64,000 nucleotides of DNA, taken from contig JAHIWG010000166.1 in the NCBI GenBank assembly GCA_018816345.1, forward strand, positions 1 to 64,000, given 5' to 3'. The first letter of the stretch is position 1, and every line of letters begins with the position of its first letter. The stretch is from Spirochaetota bacterium. GTDB taxonomy: Bacteria; Spirochaetota; Spirochaetia; Treponematales; UBA12059. Positions 27,596 to 37,510 of this stretch are shown here, one piece after another. The notes beneath the pieces were generated by a model. It did not search any database. It saw nothing but the letters and a program-made list of their open reading frames with translations, and had not been told where the DNA came from. The position numbers and the translations under genes are program-made.

Positions 27596-28846
27596 ATGAA
27601 CTGGATACTCGATATGGCGCGGCGCAACATAAGGCGCAATAAGCGCCGGACGGTCCTGGCGGCGACCTCGATAGCGCTGGCCGTCATGCTCATGACCTTC
27701 CTCGGAGGCCTCATGAGCGGCATACTCGACAACATGGTCCGCAACCTGACGAGGAGCGACATGGGCCACGTCCGCATCGTGACCGAGGGATTCGTGTCGC
27801 GCTCGCGGTTCATGCCCGTCGACGAGCTCGTTCCCGACCCGGCCGCGGTGATGTCCGCGATAGAGGCGATCCCCGACCTGCCGGGCGAGCTCGTTACCGT
27901 TACCGAGCGCATAATGTTCGGCACTTTGCTGTCCAACGGGCCCAATACGAAGGCGGCCGTCGGGTTCGCGGGAGACCCGGGCAAGGAGAAGGCCCTGATG
28001 AACCTCGACCGCTCGGTCGTCGAGGGCAGGTACCTGAGCGGCCCCGGCGAGACTATACTGGGCAAGCAGCTGGCCGACGACCTCGGCTTCAAGGTGGGCG
28101 GGTCGATGCTCGTCGTCACGCAGGGCGCCGACTACGGCCTCCACATCAAGCGCTTCGCTATCGTGGGGCTGTTCTCGTCGGGGCTCAACCAGCTTGACGG
28201 CGCGTTCTTCCAGGTGCCGATAGCCGACGCGAAGGCCTTCCTTCGCACGGACGAGGGAAGCCAGCAGGTGCTGGTGATGCTCGACGACTACCGCAAGGCC
28301 GACCGGGCCGCGGAGAGGATAAGGCAGGCGGTCGCCGGGCTGCCTGGCGGCTCGGCGCTGCTCGTCCAGCCCTGGACCGTCGTCGGCGAGTATCCTGGCC
28401 TGATCAAGATGATGGAGAGCATGTACAGCTATATCTTCATAGTCATAGCCCTGCTCGGCGCCTTCATCATCACCAACATCCTCATGATGGTGGTACTGGA
28501 ACGGAAGCGCGAGATCGGCATACTCAAGGCCATGGGCCTCAAGCGGCGCGAGGTGCTCGCGCTGTTCCTGGCGGAAGGCGCGCTGATGGGCGCTATCGGG
28601 AGCGGCGTCGGCGCGACGCTCGGCATGGCGCTCTGCTACGCGCTGTCGATCTACGGCCTCGATTTCAGCTCGGCCATGGGATCGCTGACGGTACCCATGG
28701 ACCCGGTCTTCTATTCGCGCTTCGAGCTGAGCAACGGCCTGACGATGTTCGCGCTCGGCCTCCTGGTCTCCATAGCCATGTCGATGTCCCCGAGCAGGCG
28801 GGCCTCCGCGATGAACGCGGTGGACGCCATCAAGAGCGTCGCGTAA
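27596..28846 (+). CDS. ABC transporter permease, FtsX/MacB-like (second copy)
   Basis: Same architecture as the previous gene. Paralogous pair as in LolCE-type systems. Confidence 0.8.
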   Translation: MNWILDMARRNIRRNKRRTVLAATSIALAVMLMTFLGGLMSGILDNMVRNLTRSDMGHVRIVTEGFVSRSRFMPVDELVPDPAAVMSAIEAIPDLPGELVTVTERIMFGTLLSNGPNTKAAVGFAGDPGKEKALMNLDRSVVEGRYLSGPGETILGKQLADDLGFKVGGSMLVVTQGADYGLHIKRFAIVGLFSSGLNQLDGAFFQVPIADAKAFLRTDEGSQQVLVMLDDYRKADRAAERIRQAVAGLPGGSALLVQPWTVVGEYPGLIKMMESMYSYIFIVIALLGAFIITNILMMVVLERKREIGILKAMGLKRREVLALFLAEGALMGAIGSGVGATLGMALCYALSIYGLDFSSAMGSLTVPMDPVFYSRFELSNGLTMFALGLLVSIAMSMSPSRRASAMNAVDAIKSVA

Positions 28847-28861
28847 GGAAGGATGATTATC

Positions 28862-29677
28862 ATGATGCATAGGCGATACCCACGGCCGACGGCCGTACGC
28901 GCCGCGCTCCGCCGCGGCTTCTGCGCCGCGGGCGCGCGCGCGCTAGGCGCCGCGCTCCTCGCCCTAGCGCTATCGATGCCGGCGGCGGCGCAGGGCGCCG
29001 GGCTCTCCGGCGACGAGGTGATGCGCCGCGTCGACGCCAACAACGCCATCGATTCCATAGCCTACGTAGGCAGCATGGAGATAGACCTCGGGAGCCGCGT
29101 CCTCCGAAAGGAGATGCGCGTCGTCGCCGTCGGAGGGGAGAAGTCGTTCGTCGAGTTCACCAACCCCGAGGATCGCGGCGTTCGCTACCTCAAGGTGGGC
29201 AAGGACCTGTGGATGTATTTCCCGTCGGAACAGGAGACGATAAAGATATCGGGGCATCTTCTCAAGGAAGGGATGATGGGCTCCGACGTCTCCTACGAGG
29301 ACGCCCTCGAGTCGGGCGCCATAGCCGATAAGTACGCGATATCGCTCCTCGCTAGCGAGACCCTGGACGGCCGGGCTTGCTACGTCGTCGACCTGAACGC
29401 CAAGACGCGCTCCGTCAACTACGAGCGGCAGAAGCTGTGGGTGGACGCCGAGCGCTTCGTCGTCCTCAAGACCGAGATGTACGCCAAGAGCGGGCGGCTC
29501 CTCAAGGAGAGCCGGGCGCTCGAGGTGCGGCAGTTCGGGAGCCGCTGGTTCGCGACCAAGCTGCGTATGGAGGACAAGCTCAAGAAGGGCGGCGGCACGC
29601 TGTTCTCGATGGCCGAGCTGCGTTTCGATATCGCCCTTCCCGCCGATATGTTCAGCCTCCAGCGCCTGAGCAGATAG
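28862..29677 (+). CDS. LolA-like outer-membrane lipoprotein carrier/sorting-domain protein
   Basis: Signal peptide, then fold pattern of the LolA-like family (KVGKDLWMYFP...ARFVVLKTEMYAKSGRLLKESRALEV). Alternative ATG at 28853. Confidence 0.55.
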   Translation: MMHRRYPRPTAVRAALRRGFCAAGARALGAALLALALSMPAAAQGAGLSGDEVMRRVDANNAIDSIAYVGSMEIDLGSRVLRKEMRVVAVGGEKSFVEFTNPEDRGVRYLKVGKDLWMYFPSEQETIKISGHLLKEGMMGSDVSYEDALESGAIADKYAISLLASETLDGRACYVVDLNAKTRSVNYERQKLWVDAERFVVLKTEMYAKSGRLLKESRALEVRQFGSRWFATKLRMEDKLKKGGGTLFSMAELRFDIALPADMFSLQRLSR

Positions 29678-29686
29678 GGAGGGCGT

Positions 29687-30988
29687 ATGCGTTCCGATTC
29701 TCGAAGCGCTTCCCTGGCGGTCGCCCTGGCCCTCCTATGCCTGGGCCCGCTCGGGCCTTCCGTTGGAGCCCAGGAGGCCGATTCCTTTAACGCGGACGCC
29801 TTCTTCGGCTCCGCGTCCGGCTCGGAGTCAAGCTCTGGAGCCGCCGCCGAAGCCGGCGCGACTGGCGAGGCCGGCGCGACTGGCGAGGCCGGCGGCGCGG
29901 GGGCCTACGCCGCGGCGCCGCGGCCCTCGGGCCTGTCGTTCTCCGGCGAGGCGAGCGCCGACTTCCTCTGCGCCATGTCCGACCCGTTCGACTCGGAGCT
30001 CAGGACCGGCTCCTATATGGGACTGTCGTCGCTCCGCCTCGACGCGCGGGGAGGCGATAGGGAATCGTCGAAGCTCGAGGCCTCGCTCGCGGTCAAGCTC
30101 GCGTACGGCGCTGCGGCCGACGCGGCGAGGACCGCGGCCTCGGCCGTCCTGGCCGGCGTTCCCGGACTCGCCGCGTACCTGTTCGGGAACGAGGGGCCGG
30201 TCATGTCCCTGGAGCTTAAGAAGCTGTACTTTTCCGTCTATACGCCGTTCGCCGATATTTCGGCGGGGCGCATGATACTCAATTACGGCAGGGGGACCGC
30301 CTACTCGCCCGTCGATCTCTTCTCTACCGTCGACTCCAGCGGCCTCCAGCTAGGGCGGTCCGGGAGCGACGCGGTACGCGTCCTCGTGCCCTTCTCGAAT
30401 TTCTCCGGCCTCGATATGGCGGCGACGGTGGCGGGGGCCCCGGAGGACGGCGTCGCGGGCTTCAGGCAGTACGGCGACGCCTTCGGCGTCGACTACGGCG
30501 TCTCGGCCTTCCGGGACGGCGGAGACAAGGGCGCCGGCGAGGGCGGGACGCTCGCGCTGGGGCTGGACCTCAAGGCCGACCTCGTCGTAGGGATCTCGGC
30601 GGAAGCCGTGGCGCGCCTCCCTCTCGACGCGGAATGGGTCCCGGATGCCGGGCGGGCCGTGTACAGCCTCATGCTCGGGCTCGACTATTCCATCGGCGGC
30701 CGCTTGTTCCTCGACGCCGAGGCGCTCTGGAACATAGAGGCTGGAGACGCGGCGGCGACGGGGCAGTTCCCCGAGGCGTTCAACGCGTTCGCGTCGATCT
30801 CCTGGAAGCCCGACGAGCTCGGCGCCTTCGACCTCCGCGGCTTCTACCACTCCGACGGCGACGCGGAAGCGGTACTCAGCGCGTCCCGGTCCGTCGCGGC
30901 CGGCGCGACCCTGGCGGCGTACGCGATATACGGGTACGCCGGCGCGTCGTCTCTTTCGTTCGGCGCGAGGCTCTCCGTAGCGTATTAG
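29687..30988 (+). CDS. Secreted Ala/Gly-rich hypothetical protein, possible outer-membrane beta-barrel
   Basis: Signal peptide. GEAGATGEAGATGEAGGAG repeat. Alternating beta-strand-like pattern. Last gene of the tightly spaced operon. Confidence 0.45.
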   Translation: MRSDSRSASLAVALALLCLGPLGPSVGAQEADSFNADAFFGSASGSESSSGAAAEAGATGEAGATGEAGGAGAYAAAPRPSGLSFSGEASADFLCAMSDPFDSELRTGSYMGLSSLRLDARGGDRESSKLEASLAVKLAYGAAADAARTAASAVLAGVPGLAAYLFGNEGPVMSLELKKLYFSVYTPFADISAGRMILNYGRGTAYSPVDLFSTVDSSGLQLGRSGSDAVRVLVPFSNFSGLDMAATVAGAPEDGVAGFRQYGDAFGVDYGVSAFRDGGDKGAGEGGTLALGLDLKADLVVGISAEAVARLPLDAEWVPDAGRAVYSLMLGLDYSIGGRLFLDAEALWNIEAGDAAATGQFPEAFNAFASISWKPDELGAFDLRGFYHSDGDAEAVLSASRSVAAGATLAAYAIYGYAGASSLSFGARLSVAY

Positions 30989-31144
30989 GGAAGTCCTAGC
31001 ATCAAGGAGGCGCGCGGGCTTTCCTTTGCCCGGCCCGCGCGTTACCCTATATATATGAGATACATTATAGTATTACTCATGTATTTGCTTATTTCGTGCT
31101 CGGCCGCGAATACCGATCCGCGGCCGGCCGCAGGAGGAGTGGGC

Positions 31145-31699
31145 ATGGAGGATACGAGCGGGTTCCCGAGCGTAGTGCTGGGCGGTGGATGCTTCTGGTG
31201 CCTCGAGGCGGCGTACGAGCTGATACCCGGCGTCGTCGACGTGGAGTCCGGGTACGCGGGCGGGTCGCGCGACAACCCGAGCTACGAGCAGGTCTCCTCG
31301 GGGCTGACCGGCCACGCCGAGGTGGTGCGGGTACGGTACGACCCGACGGTCGTATCGTTGGAAAGCCTCTTCGATCTATTCTTCCGCATCCACGATCCCA
31401 CGTCCCTGGACAGGCAGGGCGCGGACGTAGGCACGCAGTACCGCTCAATAGCGCTGTACGCCGACGAGGGGCAGCGCCTGGCCGCGGAGGCTGCCGTAGC
31501 CGCCGTCGCTCCCCGCTTCCAGAAGCCGGTCGTGACCCGGATCGAGCCCCTGGCGGCGTATTGGCCGGCCGAGGATTACCATCAGGACTTCTTCAGGAAG
31601 AACCCCGACTACGGCTATTGCCGAGTCGTCGTCGCCCCCAAGGTAGAGAAGGCTAGGAGCTTCGCGGAGGCGCTGGCTCCGCTCCCGGCCAAGCCCTAG
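31145..31699 (+). CDS. msrA: Peptide methionine sulfoxide reductase MsrA
   Basis: GGCFWCLE active-site motif. AGGAGG RBS 8 nt before ATG at 31145. Upstream in-frame ATG at 31055 would add a lipoprotein-like leader (LLISCSA) of unusually low GC. Confidence 0.85.
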   Translation: MEDTSGFPSVVLGGGCFWCLEAAYELIPGVVDVESGYAGGSRDNPSYEQVSSGLTGHAEVVRVRYDPTVVSLESLFDLFFRIHDPTSLDRQGADVGTQYRSIALYADEGQRLAAEAAVAAVAPRFQKPVVTRIEPLAAYWPAEDYHQDFFRKNPDYGYCRVVVAPKVEKARSFAEALAPLPAKP

Positions 31700-31750
31700 G
31701 GCCTGGGCGAGGAGCGGGGCCCCCGGGGCTAGCCGTACTGAGGCGCGCGC

Positions 31751-33661
31751 CTAGTTCTTGAACAGCTTGGCGATGCGGTGCTTATAGAGATCGGCCACGA
31801 CGTGGCGCTTTATCTCCTGCTTGGCCGACAGCTCCTTGCCTACCTCGAACGGGGTCGCCAGGAGATCGAAGCGGAAGATGCGCTCGAAGCTCTTGAATCC
31901 CGTCTTCTGGTTGACCGCCTGGCTTATCTCGTAGTCGATGAGCTCCTTGACCTCCGGTTGGGCGAGGAGCGCCTCGTAGTCCACTATCGGCACCGTATTC
32001 TCCTTGGCCCACGCCGTTACCATATCCTGGTCCGGGACTACGAGGGCCGCGAGGAAGCGCTTGTCCTGGCCCAATACTATGGCCTGCTTGATGTAGGGGC
32101 TATCGCATATGCGCTGCTCTATAGGCAGGGGCTCTATGTTCTCTCCGCCTAGTAGCACTATGGTGTCCTTGGCCCGACCGGTAAGCTTGAGGAAGCCGTT
32201 CGTCGTCAGCATGCCGAGGTCGCCCGTATTGAGCCATCCGTCCGGCGAGAGGACCTTGGCCGTCAGTTCCGGCTTCTTGTAATAGCCTAGCATGACCTGC
32301 GGTCCCTTGACGTGGACGACGCCCTTGCGGCAGGTCCCGACGTCGGCGCCGGATTCGTCCAGGATCCTGAACTCCGTGCCGCGGATAGCCGGGCCGACGG
32401 TGCCCATCACAGGCTTCCGCTGGGGACGCAGCCCTATGACCGGGGCGGTCTCTGTCAGGCCATAGCCTTCCAGTATCTGCACGCCTATCGTATCGAAGAA
32501 TATATCGACGGAGGCGGGCATGGCGCCGCCGCCTGAGATGCCCGCCTTGAACCGGCCGCCTAGCTTCGTCTTAATCTTCTTGAATATCAGTACCTCGCCA
32601 AGGCCGCGGAGGGGAGCGAGCAGGATCAGCGGCACGACGGGCAATACGGCGTCGAGTATCCTCGAGCGGTTGCCGAAGTCCGGCAGCCTGCCGAGCATCA
32701 TGTTGCGGAAGAACGCGAAGCTCTCCCCGACGCCGACGAAGAAGCCGAAGAGGGCCTTCTTGGCCCCGCCCGATTGCCTGATGCTCTTGTATATGCCGTC
32801 CTTGACCGACTCCCATATCCTCGGGACGCTGGCCATCCAGTGAGGCCTGATAGCCTGGAAATCGGGCAGCATCACGGCGCCGATCGGCTTAGAGTACGCG
32901 ATGCTGTCGTAGACGGCGATTATGGCGTATTGAACGATGCGCTCGAACGAGTGCCATACCGGAAGGACCGATAGCCATATCTGTCCCGGTCGCAGGTCAA
33001 TTATCTCAGGCAGCACTACCGTCTGGTGCAGGAAGTTGGCATGGGATAGCATTACGCCCTTAGGCTCGCCCGTCGTGCCGCTGGTATATATGATGGTCGC
33101 CACGTCGGAGCTCCTGCCGAGTGCGGCCTCCGCCTCGTACTCGCCCGGCTTCGACGATCGGCGCGCGGCCCCGGCCGCGAAGACCTCGGAGAAGGCGAGC
33201 GTCTCTATCCCGACGGCTTTCGCCTCGGAGACGGCCTTCTCGGAGGCCGCGTCGAAGAGGACCGCCTTCTTGAGCGCGGGCATCTCCGCCTTGCGCGCCA
33301 CGATCTTGGCGAGCTGCTTCTCGTTCTCGAGGACGGCTATGGCGCACTCGCTCCATGAGAGGATGTACGACAGCTCCTGCTCGGTAGCGTCGCAGCCGCG
33401 CGGTACGTCGGCCGCCCCGAGGCCTATGATGGCGAGGTCGCTGATGAGCCATTCCTTGCGGTTGTCGGCGATGAGGCCTATCCGGTCGCCGCGCGCCAGC
33501 CCTAGGCCCGCCAGTCCCGCTGCGAAGCGGGCGACTTCCTCGAGCAGCTCGGCGTAGCTCGTCGGCTGGAAGACGCCTTTCTCGTCCTTGCTGTATTGCA
33601 TGACGAGGTCAGGGCGGGCTTTCGCCCTCTCGATGAACATCAGCGCTAAGGTCTCGGCCAT
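31751..33661 (-). CDS. Long-chain acyl-CoA synthetase (AMP-dependent synthetase/ligase)
   Basis: AMP-binding motif YTSGTTGEPKGVMLSHAN. About 636 aa, typical of long-chain FadD-like enzymes. Confidence 0.8.
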   Translation of the reverse strand: MAETLALMFIERAKARPDLVMQYSKDEKGVFQPTSYAELLEEVARFAAGLAGLGLARGDRIGLIADNRKEWLISDLAIIGLGAADVPRGCDATEQELSYILSWSECAIAVLENEKQLAKIVARKAEMPALKKAVLFDAASEKAVSEAKAVGIETLAFSEVFAAGAARRSSKPGEYEAEAALGRSSDVATIIYTSGTTGEPKGVMLSHANFLHQTVVLPEIIDLRPGQIWLSVLPVWHSFERIVQYAIIAVYDSIAYSKPIGAVMLPDFQAIRPHWMASVPRIWESVKDGIYKSIRQSGGAKKALFGFFVGVGESFAFFRNMMLGRLPDFGNRSRILDAVLPVVPLILLAPLRGLGEVLIFKKIKTKLGGRFKAGISGGGAMPASVDIFFDTIGVQILEGYGLTETAPVIGLRPQRKPVMGTVGPAIRGTEFRILDESGADVGTCRKGVVHVKGPQVMLGYYKKPELTAKVLSPDGWLNTGDLGMLTTNGFLKLTGRAKDTIVLLGGENIEPLPIEQRICDSPYIKQAIVLGQDKRFLAALVVPDQDMVTAWAKENTVPIVDYEALLAQPEVKELIDYEISQAVNQKTGFKSFERIFRFDLLATPFEVGKELSAKQEIKRHVVADLYKHRIAKLFKN

Positions 33662-33793
33662 TTCGTCCCTCCGGATTATCGTCTCGGGCGTGCGCGGCTC
33701 GGGCGTGCCCCGATAGGCGATAGTGTAGCTCCTCGCCTAATTGACAATATAGCGGAATGTGTAAAATGACGCAAGCTTAATAATTCGTCGGAA

Positions 33794-34795
33794 TCAGCGC
33801 TCTATCTTGACGCGCTCCGACGGTACCTCGTCGAAGTAGGCCCTGAACAAGCGCTCCGCGTCGTCGAGGCCGGCCGAATTCTGGATCGCGTAGCGCAGGT
33901 GGTGGCCGAACGCGAGGTTGTCGCAATAATAGAAGAAGAAGCGCCTTACGCGGCTCGCGTGGAAGGGAAGCGGAAGGAGCTCCCGTATGAGCCGTATCAT
34001 GCTGAGTCCCGTTTCCTCCACCTCGATCCTCATCTCGAACCCGGGGTCGGCTTCCTTGCCCCGTATCAGCGCGAATATCCAGGGTCGCCTGACCGCCTCC
34101 CGGCCTATCATCGCGCCTGCCGTTCCGTAGCGCCCGACCGCCGACGCATAGCTATCGTAGTCCCTGACGTCCCCGTTGCCCACGATTGGGATGGGAAGCG
34201 CCTCGGCTACGGCCTTGACGTAGTCCCACTTGCCTGAACGCCTGAATTTTTGCGACTTGAGCCTCGGATGGATGACGAGATAGTCCGCTCCGGCGTCGGC
34301 GAGGGCGCGGCAGAAGCCTATCAGGGCGGCGCCAGATTCCTCGTAGCCCAGCCTGAGCTTGGCCGAGACGACGACGCCGGGCGCGGCTTCCTTCATAGCG
34401 GATATGAGCGCAGCGGCTTTCCCGGTATCCTTCATCCAGCTGACTCCGCCTCCCGATCTCTCGATATGGGGAGCGGAGCAGCCGAAGTTGGCGTCTAGGC
34501 CCCCGAGCTCCCTCCCGGCCGCCGAACGCTCGCGCGATAGCCTCGCCGCGGCCTTGGCCAGGGGCTCTATCTCCGAGTCGAACAGCTGCACTACGGTCGT
34601 CTCCGGGACGGGCTCGCAATCCATGAACCAGCGGTCGAACGGGGAGCAGGCGAGATACCCGGAGGCGCTCGTCATCTCCGTATAATACCGGTCGCAGGAG
34701 CCGAAAGACGCGACGAGCTCGCGAAGCGGCCTGTGGCTCAGTTCGACCATCGGGGCGAGGAGAAGGGCTCGGGGGGGTAGTATTGGCATCGGCAC
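33794..34795 (-). CDS. dus: tRNA-dihydrouridine synthase
   Basis: N-terminal LAPMVELSHRPLRELV and LDANFGCSAP (Dus TIM-barrel motifs), 333 aa. Confidence 0.8.
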   Translation of the reverse strand: MPMPILPPRALLLAPMVELSHRPLRELVASFGSCDRYYTEMTSASGYLACSPFDRWFMDCEPVPETTVVQLFDSEIEPLAKAAARLSRERSAAGRELGGLDANFGCSAPHIERSGGGVSWMKDTGKAAALISAMKEAAPGVVVSAKLRLGYEESGAALIGFCRALADAGADYLVIHPRLKSQKFRRSGKWDYVKAVAEALPIPIVGNGDVRDYDSYASAVGRYGTAGAMIGREAVRRPWIFALIRGKEADPGFEMRIEVEETGLSMIRLIRELLPLPFHASRVRRFFFYYCDNLAFGHHLRYAIQNSAGLDDAERLFRAYFDEVPSERVKIER

Positions 34796-34862
34796 GACTA
34801 TACGCCGCCGGCCGATCGCTAGGCAAGCGGCGCGGAATCGGAGCGCCAGGCGCTACCCGCCG

Positions 34863-34892
34863 CGCGCGACGATTGACTACGGCTAGACTTAT
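34863..34892 (+). promoter_or_regulatory. Sigma-70-type promoter of the rpsP operon
   Basis: TTGACT (34863-34868), 18-nt spacer, TATAAA (34887-34892). Confidence 0.45.
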
Positions 34893-35026
34893 GAGGTATA
34901 AACCCAAAGCGCGAGTATCGGCGCTTCCGCGTCGCGGTCGCTAATCGATCGGCGGCGCGGCTCGCGGTTGTTACCGCGACCAAATAACCGAAATCGTCGT
35001 TCCGGCAATACTACCAGGAGGAATTC

Positions 35027-35278
35027 GTGAGCGTAAAGATCAGGCTCAAGAAATTTGGCGCCAAGAAGCGCCCTTATTATCGAATCGTGGTGCTCGACAC
35101 CCGCCAGGCCCGCGACGGCAAGACCATCGACGAGCTCGGGATCTATCACCCGATCGAGAAGGAAGGCGCTCAGTATCGCGTCGACGAGGAGAAGGCCAGG
35201 GCCTGGCTCGCCAAGGGAGCGCTCCCGTCCGATACCGTGCGCAACATATTCAACAAGCAGAATATCCGCCTCGGCTAG
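35027..35278 (+). CDS. rpsP: 30S ribosomal protein S16
   Basis: (M)SVKIRLKKFGAKKRPYYRIVV. GTG start with AGGAGG RBS. Confidence 0.95.
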   Translation: MSVKIRLKKFGAKKRPYYRIVVLDTRQARDGKTIDELGIYHPIEKEGAQYRVDEEKARAWLAKGALPSDTVRNIFNKQNIRLG

Positions 35279-35441
35279 ACTACGGGGCTCCGCCGGCAGG
35301 CGAACCCGCGGGCGAGCCTCCGGGCGCGGGTCCCGGGACGCTAGCCTCCGGCGGTCGCGTACGCCCGGTCGCGGGCGAAGCCGCGGGGCTAGCCTCGCGG
35401 CGGCGCCGCACGGCGATTACGCCTGACGAAAGGGCCATCTG

Positions 35442-35675
35442 ATGGAACGAGACTTCATAGAATACGTAGCTAAGTCCCTCGTCGACGATCCCGCCGGCGT
35501 CTCGGTGAACCTCGTCGAGACCGACGAGGGCACGGTCATAGAGCTCCGGGTCGCCCAGGACGATATCGGCAAGGTCATAGGCAAGAGAGGCCGTATAGCC
35601 AAGGCTATCCGCACCCTCCTGTCGGCCGCCGCGACCAGGGGCGGTAAAGACGTTAAGCTCCAGATCCTAGACTGA
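35442..35675 (+). CDS. KH-domain RNA-binding protein (YlqC/UPF0109-like)
   Basis: 77 aa. GKVIGKRGRIAKAIRTLL KH motif. Conserved position between rpsP and rimM. Confidence 0.75.
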   Translation: MERDFIEYVAKSLVDDPAGVSVNLVETDEGTVIELRVAQDDIGKVIGKRGRIAKAIRTLLSAAATRGGKDVKLQILD

Positions 35676-35676
35676 G

Positions 35677-36177
35677 GTGGACGAACTAGCGCTCGGCCGC
35701 CTCGGCGCGCCCCACGGCGTCAGGGGAGACGTCCGGCTCGTGTCGTTCTCCGGCGAGAGCGAGCATCTGCTCGAGCTCTCCGAGGCCACGCTCAAGGGCG
35801 GGGGACGCGAGATACGAATAGCCATAGAGTCGGCCAGGGAATTCGGCGACGGGGCCCTGCTCAAGATACGAGGATACGATTCTCCCGAGACGGTTCGCGC
35901 CCTCTCGGGCATGGAGCTATGGGCGCCTCGCGACAAGGCGGCCCCCCTGGACGACGATCAGTACTACTACGCCGACTTGGTCGGCTGCTCCGTGTACTCC
36001 GGCGACTCGACCGTCGCGACGGTCGTCGCCGTGTGCGACGGCGGGGGCGGGGACCTCCTGGAGGTCGAGAAGGCCGGCGGAGGATCTGCCTACGTGCCGT
36101 TCCGCAAGGAGTTCGTAGGCCGCGTGGATATCGCTTCGAGGCGGATCGAGCTCGTCGCCCCGTGGATCCTAGAGTAA
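35677..36177 (+). CDS. rimM: 16S rRNA processing protein RimM
   Basis: LGRLGAPHGVRGDVRL N-terminus and PRC barrel. Confidence 0.85.
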   Translation: MDELALGRLGAPHGVRGDVRLVSFSGESEHLLELSEATLKGGGREIRIAIESAREFGDGALLKIRGYDSPETVRALSGMELWAPRDKAAPLDDDQYYYADLVGCSVYSGDSTVATVVAVCDGGGGDLLEVEKAGGGSAYVPFRKEFVGRVDIASRRIELVAPWILE

Positions 36178-36190
36178 GGAACGCAGCCGC

Positions 36191-36922
36191 ATGAGATTCG
36201 ACGTGCTCACGCTCTTTCCCGGGATACTCGAGGGCTTCTTCACTAGCTCCATCATGGCGCGGGCGGTAGAGCGCGGGCTCGTGTCGTACAGCCTGACCGA
36301 TATCCGGGACTTCGCGACGGATAAGCACCATAAGTGCGACGACCAGGTCTTCGGAGGCGGGGCCGGCATGCTGATGCTGCCCGCCCCGGTGTCGGCGGCC
36401 CTCGACTCGGTCGACGCGAAGGGCGCGCGCGTCGTATACGTGACGCCGGGCGGGCGATTGTTCAACCAGGCCTACGCGCGGGAGCTGGCCGCCGAGGAGC
36501 GCCTCGTCGTGCTCTGCGGCAGGTACGAGGGCGTCGACCAGCGGGTCGTCGATACCTACGTTACCGACGAGATCAGCGTAGGCGACTACGTGCTCTCCTC
36601 GGGAGAGACGGCGGCGCTGGTCCTGGTCGACGCCATATACAGGCTCATTCCTGGCGTGATAACGGGCGAGTCGCTCGACGAGGAGAGCTTCGAGGGCGGG
36701 CTGCTCGAGTACCCCCAGTATACACGACCGGCGGAATATGATACGATGCGGGTCCCTGACGTTCTCGTCTCGGGCCACCACGCTAACATCGTCAAATGGC
36801 GCATGAAGAAGCGGCTCGAGAAGACGCTCTTGTACCGTCCCGACCTGCTCCAAGGCAAGGGACTCGAGGGCGAGCTCAGGGCGATGATACTGGAATTAAT
36901 TGGACAAGGGGGAGAGGCATGA
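36191..36922 (+). CDS. trmD: tRNA (guanine37-N1)-methyltransferase
   Basis: [11 protein letters not shown]...; SPOUT knot motifs [23 protein letters not shown]. Confidence 0.9.
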   Translation: MRFDVLTLFPGILEGFFTSSIMARAVERGLVSYSLTDIRDFATDKHHKCDDQVFGGGAGMLMLPAPVSAALDSVDAKGARVVYVTPGGRLFNQAYARELAAEERLVVLCGRYEGVDQRVVDTYVTDEISVGDYVLSSGETAALVLVDAIYRLIPGVITGESLDEESFEGGLLEYPQYTRPAEYDTMRVPDVLVSGHHANIVKWRMKKRLEKTLLYRPDLLQGKGLEGELRAMILELIGQGGEA

Positions 36923-37299
36923 ACCTCATAAAGATGATCGAGGCCGGACAGACGAAGGCCTACCAGGACGTTAAGGCCGGGGATACGGTCCGCATACACT
37001 TCAAGATTGTTGAAGGCAAGACCGAGCGTATCCAGCTCTACGAGGGACTCGTGATCGCCATGAAGAACGCCGGCGTCGGGAAGACCCTCACCGTGCGCAA
37101 GAACTCCTACGGAGTCGGCGTCGAGCGCGTGTTCCCCATGCACTCGCCCCGTATCGAGAAGATAGAAGTGCTCCGCTGCGGCCGCGTCCGCCGCGCCAAG
37201 CTGTACTATATCCGCGAGAAGATAGGCAAGAAGGCCAAGATACGGGAGCTCCTCGGAGGCCGCAAGCCCCCCGTCCGCTCCGCGTCCGCCCAGGCCTAA
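36919..37299 (+). CDS. rplS: 50S ribosomal protein L19
   Basis: MNLIKMIE...[24 protein letters not shown]. 4-nt overlap with trmD. Confidence 0.9.
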   Translation: MNLIKMIEAGQTKAYQDVKAGDTVRIHFKIVEGKTERIQLYEGLVIAMKNAGVGKTLTVRKNSYGVGVERVFPMHSPRIEKIEVLRCGRVRRAKLYYIREKIGKKAKIRELLGGRKPPVRSASAQA

Positions 37300-37354
37300 G
37301 ATCTTGCGGCCGGTAGGACCGGACCACGTACCTATCGCGCCGCGACCTGTCAGC

Positions 37355-37395
37355 GTCGGCGACGGCACCGCGCCGTCGGCCGACGCTGCCCTTTT
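37355..37395 (+). terminator. Candidate terminator after rplS
   Basis: GTCGGCGACGGC-accgc-GCCGTCGGCCGAC followed by cccTTTTaaa. U-tract is weak. Confidence 0.35.
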
Positions 37396-37510
37396 AAAGG
37401 CTTCCCGGAAGCTCGCCCAGTCTTCCTCCTCCCCTCGGCCGCTCCCGTCCCCCGCGCCCTCCGCGCTCCCCGTAGGTCCCGCCCCAGCGCGCCCCCGGGG
37501 CGCAGCCCCG

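Noticed and set aside
31055-31144. Lipoprotein signal peptide fused to MsrA
   Set aside because: The upstream in-frame ATG has no RBS and atypically low GC, whereas ATG 31145 has AGGAGG. The extension may be non-coding, though it cannot be fully excluded.
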